Positions 61,985-64,000 of a stretch of 64,000 nucleotides of DNA are shown piece after piece. The stretch comes from an uncultured Spirochaetota bacterium (GTDB lineage: Bacteria; Spirochaetota; Spirochaetia; SZUA-6; Fen-1364). The translations under genes were made by a program, and so were the position numbers. The first letter of the stretch is position 1, and each line of letters opens with the position of its first letter. The notes under the pieces were generated by a model. It was not told the origin of the DNA. It was given only the letters and a program-made list of their open reading frames with translations, and did not search any database. The stretch is from the NCBI GenBank assembly GCA_963745235.1, contig CAVUXE010000048.1, positions 46,908 through 110,907 of the forward strand, written 5' to 3'.

Positions 61985-62675
61985 CTGGGAAAGAGTTCTC
62001 TCAGCAGCGGCACGCCTTCAACAGCTTGTGCCGGGAGCAACGCTCGTTGGAGGCACCGCTGCCGCACTCTATGCCGAACATCGCCAGTCAATGGATGCAG
62101 ACCATGTCGTGTCGGACTTGCAACAGAGGTTCGATGATATTCTTGCTAATCTAGAATCGGTTGCAGGCTGGAAGACTGCTCGAATCAACAGACCCGTTCA
62201 AATCCTTGGGTCTTTGGATGGGATCGAAACGGGCATCCGACAGCTCGTGAGGAAAACACCGCTGGAAACAACAACGGTGCAAGTGGCGTCGCTATCGATT
62301 ACGCTTCCCACGGAGGGGGAGATGTTGCGTATCAAGGCTGTCTTGGTTCTTAGGCGAAACGCTGCAAGGGATTACATCGACGTGGCGGCCTTATCCAGTC
62401 ACCTTGGCCAAGCAGGCAGCCGTGAGGCTTTGCGGCTGTTCGACACGCTCTATCCGCAACCGTCCGGTGAGTCGGCCCTCATGCAGCTTCAGGTGCAGTT
62501 GGCCGACCCCAGGCCATTTGACTTGGACGAGGCCAATCTGAAGGAATACAAGGGTATCAAGAAAGAGTGGTCTGATTGGGAGGTGGTCAGCGCACAGTGT
62601 CGGGCGCTGGCTCTCAACGTATTTCGGATACATAACAGAAAAGCGCGTGAGCGTGATGACTCTCTGGGATATTGA
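61959..62675 (+). CDS. AbiEii/AbiGii-like nucleotidyltransferase toxin
   Basis: LVGGTAAALY..HRQSMDAD, K....RRNAARDYID. Confidence 0.8.
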   Translation: MSNNELLPDWERVLSAAARLQQLVPGATLVGGTAAALYAEHRQSMDADHVVSDLQQRFDDILANLESVAGWKTARINRPVQILGSLDGIETGIRQLVRKTPLETTTVQVASLSITLPTEGEMLRIKAVLVLRRNAARDYIDVAALSSHLGQAGSREALRLFDTLYPQPSGESALMQLQVQLADPRPFDLDEANLKEYKGIKKEWSDWEVVSAQCRALALNVFRIHNRKARERDDSLGY

Positions 62676-62707
62676 GTATAAAAATCCAACGGCAACCGAC
62701 AATCCTC

Positions 62708-64000
62708 TGTTCAGCGACAATTCAAATTCCCTAGCGACGACAATTAGAATTCCCGATTCTCGCGGGGGGCGCGATCGGCCAGGATGCCTCAGAAGGGGGA
62801 CAATCTGGGTGGTCAGCAACAACCAAGTGAGGAGGCTTAGGGAACTCATGGCTAAGGACAACAGAATCATCGTAAACGCCGCCAAGACCGGCATGGGCGT
62901 GAAGACGGCGCGCAAGTACCTGCACCAGGACGGGCTTCCCAGCGAACTGGCGACAGTCCATGCATGGAGAACCCGGGAGGATCCCTTCAACGAAGTGTGG
63001 AAGGAGGTCAACCCCTTCCTGGAGTTGAACCCCGGGCTGGAAGCCAAGACGCTCTTCGAGTACCTGCAACGGACTCACCCGGGTCGCTTCCCCGAGGGGC
63101 AGCTACGAAGTTTTCAGCGCGGGGTCCGCCGATGGCGTGCCCTGGAGGGACCGCCCAAGGAGGTGTTCTTTGCGCAGGAACACCAGCCGGGCTACCTGTG
63201 CCAGTCGGACTTCACTTACATGCATGAACTGGGCGTCACCATCGGAGGAGAGGTCTTTGACCACCTCCTCTACCACTTCGTGCTGACCTATTCCAACTGG
63301 GAAAGCGGCACGGTGTGCTTCTCGGAGAGCTACGAGAGCTTGAGTGAAGGCCTCCAGGCGGCCCTCTGGGAGTTGGGGGCCGTGCCGGCGGTGCATCAGA
63401 CCGACCGCATGACGGCAGCCGTCTGCCATCCCGGACGGGAGGTGTTCACTCAGCGCTACGCCGGGTTGCTGCGCCATTACGGGCTGGAAGGCCGCTATTG
63501 TCGGGTCCAGCAGCCGAATGAAAACGGGGACATTCAGCAGCGGCACCATCGGTTCAAGCGCGCCGTAGACCAAGCGCTGATGCTGCGCGGATCAAAGGAC
63601 TTCGCTTCCCGCGCCGACTATGAGAGCTTCCTATGGCACCTATTCACACAACTGAACGCCGGACGCGCCGGAAAACTGGAGGAGGAGCGCACGCAACTGC
63701 GGCCGCTTCCCCCCTGCCGCCTGGACTGCTTCAAGAAGGTCGGCCCCATCCGCGTGACAAGCGGCTCCACAATCAAGGCGGGGCACAACATCTACTCGGT
63801 GGACAGTCGCCTGATCGGGGAAAACGTGACGGTGCACCTGTACGCCGAGCACCTGGAGGTTTGGTATGCCCAGCGGTGCCTGGAGCGTATCCCTCGGCTG
63901 CGAGGCGACGGCAAACATCGCATCCAATACCGTCACGTGATCAACTGGCTGGTGAGAAAGCCCGCAGCCTTTGAGAATTACCGCTACCGAGCCGATCTGT
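62708..64000 (+). mobile_element. IS21-family element (left end; runs off window)
   Basis: TGT start, tandem subterminal repeats CGACAATTcAAATTCCC / CGACAATTagAATTCCC at 62715-62754, then istA. Confidence 0.85.
62809..64000 (+). CDS. istA: IS21 transposase IstA (3'-partial)
   Basis: KTARKYL, WRTREDPF, QSDFT, LTYSNWE, HQTDRM, NENGDIQQ, YSVDSRLIG; open to the window end. Confidence 0.9.
   Translation, partial: MVSNNQVRRLRELMAKDNRIIVNAAKTGMGVKTARKYLHQDGLPSELATVHAWRTREDPFNEVWKEVNPFLELNPGLEAKTLFEYLQRTHPGRFPEGQLRSFQRGVRRWRALEGPPKEVFFAQEHQPGYLCQSDFTYMHELGVTIGGEVFDHLLYHFVLTYSNWESGTVCFSESYESLSEGLQAALWELGAVPAVHQTDRMTAAVCHPGREVFTQRYAGLLRHYGLEGRYCRVQQPNENGDIQQRHHRFKRAVDQALMLRGSKDFASRADYESFLWHLFTQLNAGRAGKLEEERTQLRPLPPCRLDCFKKVGPIRVTSGSTIKAGHNIYSVDSRLIGENVTVHLYAEHLEVWYAQRCLERIPRLRGDGKHRIQYRHVINWLVRKPAAFENYRYRADL

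Overview
High-GC Spirochaetia-like chromosome segment. The assignment rests on flaA, a spiro-SPASM radical SAM, and a UPF0164 / giant hypothetical / giant SpoIIE cluster. Positions 1-50590 are mostly core genome: aroH, a glgA-like gene, map, tRNA-Thr, tRNA-Tyr, mltG-dnaG-rpoD-Zn ribbon-rnpB, mreBCD-mrdA (no rodA), a radical SAM pair, mazG, an unusual Rex::NuoE-type [2Fe-2S] fusion, a YchF-like ATPase, xseAB, a sugar-nucleotide modification cluster, amidase, flaA and tRNA-Val. A 1.5-kb integrase-less islet bounded by a duplicated tRNA-Thr 3' end lies at 2858-4361. From 50591 to the window end is a tRNA-Val-integrated island. It holds a tyrosine integrase, a complete three-gene TGT...ACA transposon with a 5-bp TSD, a symmetric 12-copy CCGCTAC iteron array, an IS66 with a nested ISAzo13, AbiE-type/NTase toxin-antitoxin genes, decayed fragments and the left end of an IS21. 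About nine core genes carry single-base frameshifts, mostly at CCGG, and these are probably long-read errors.
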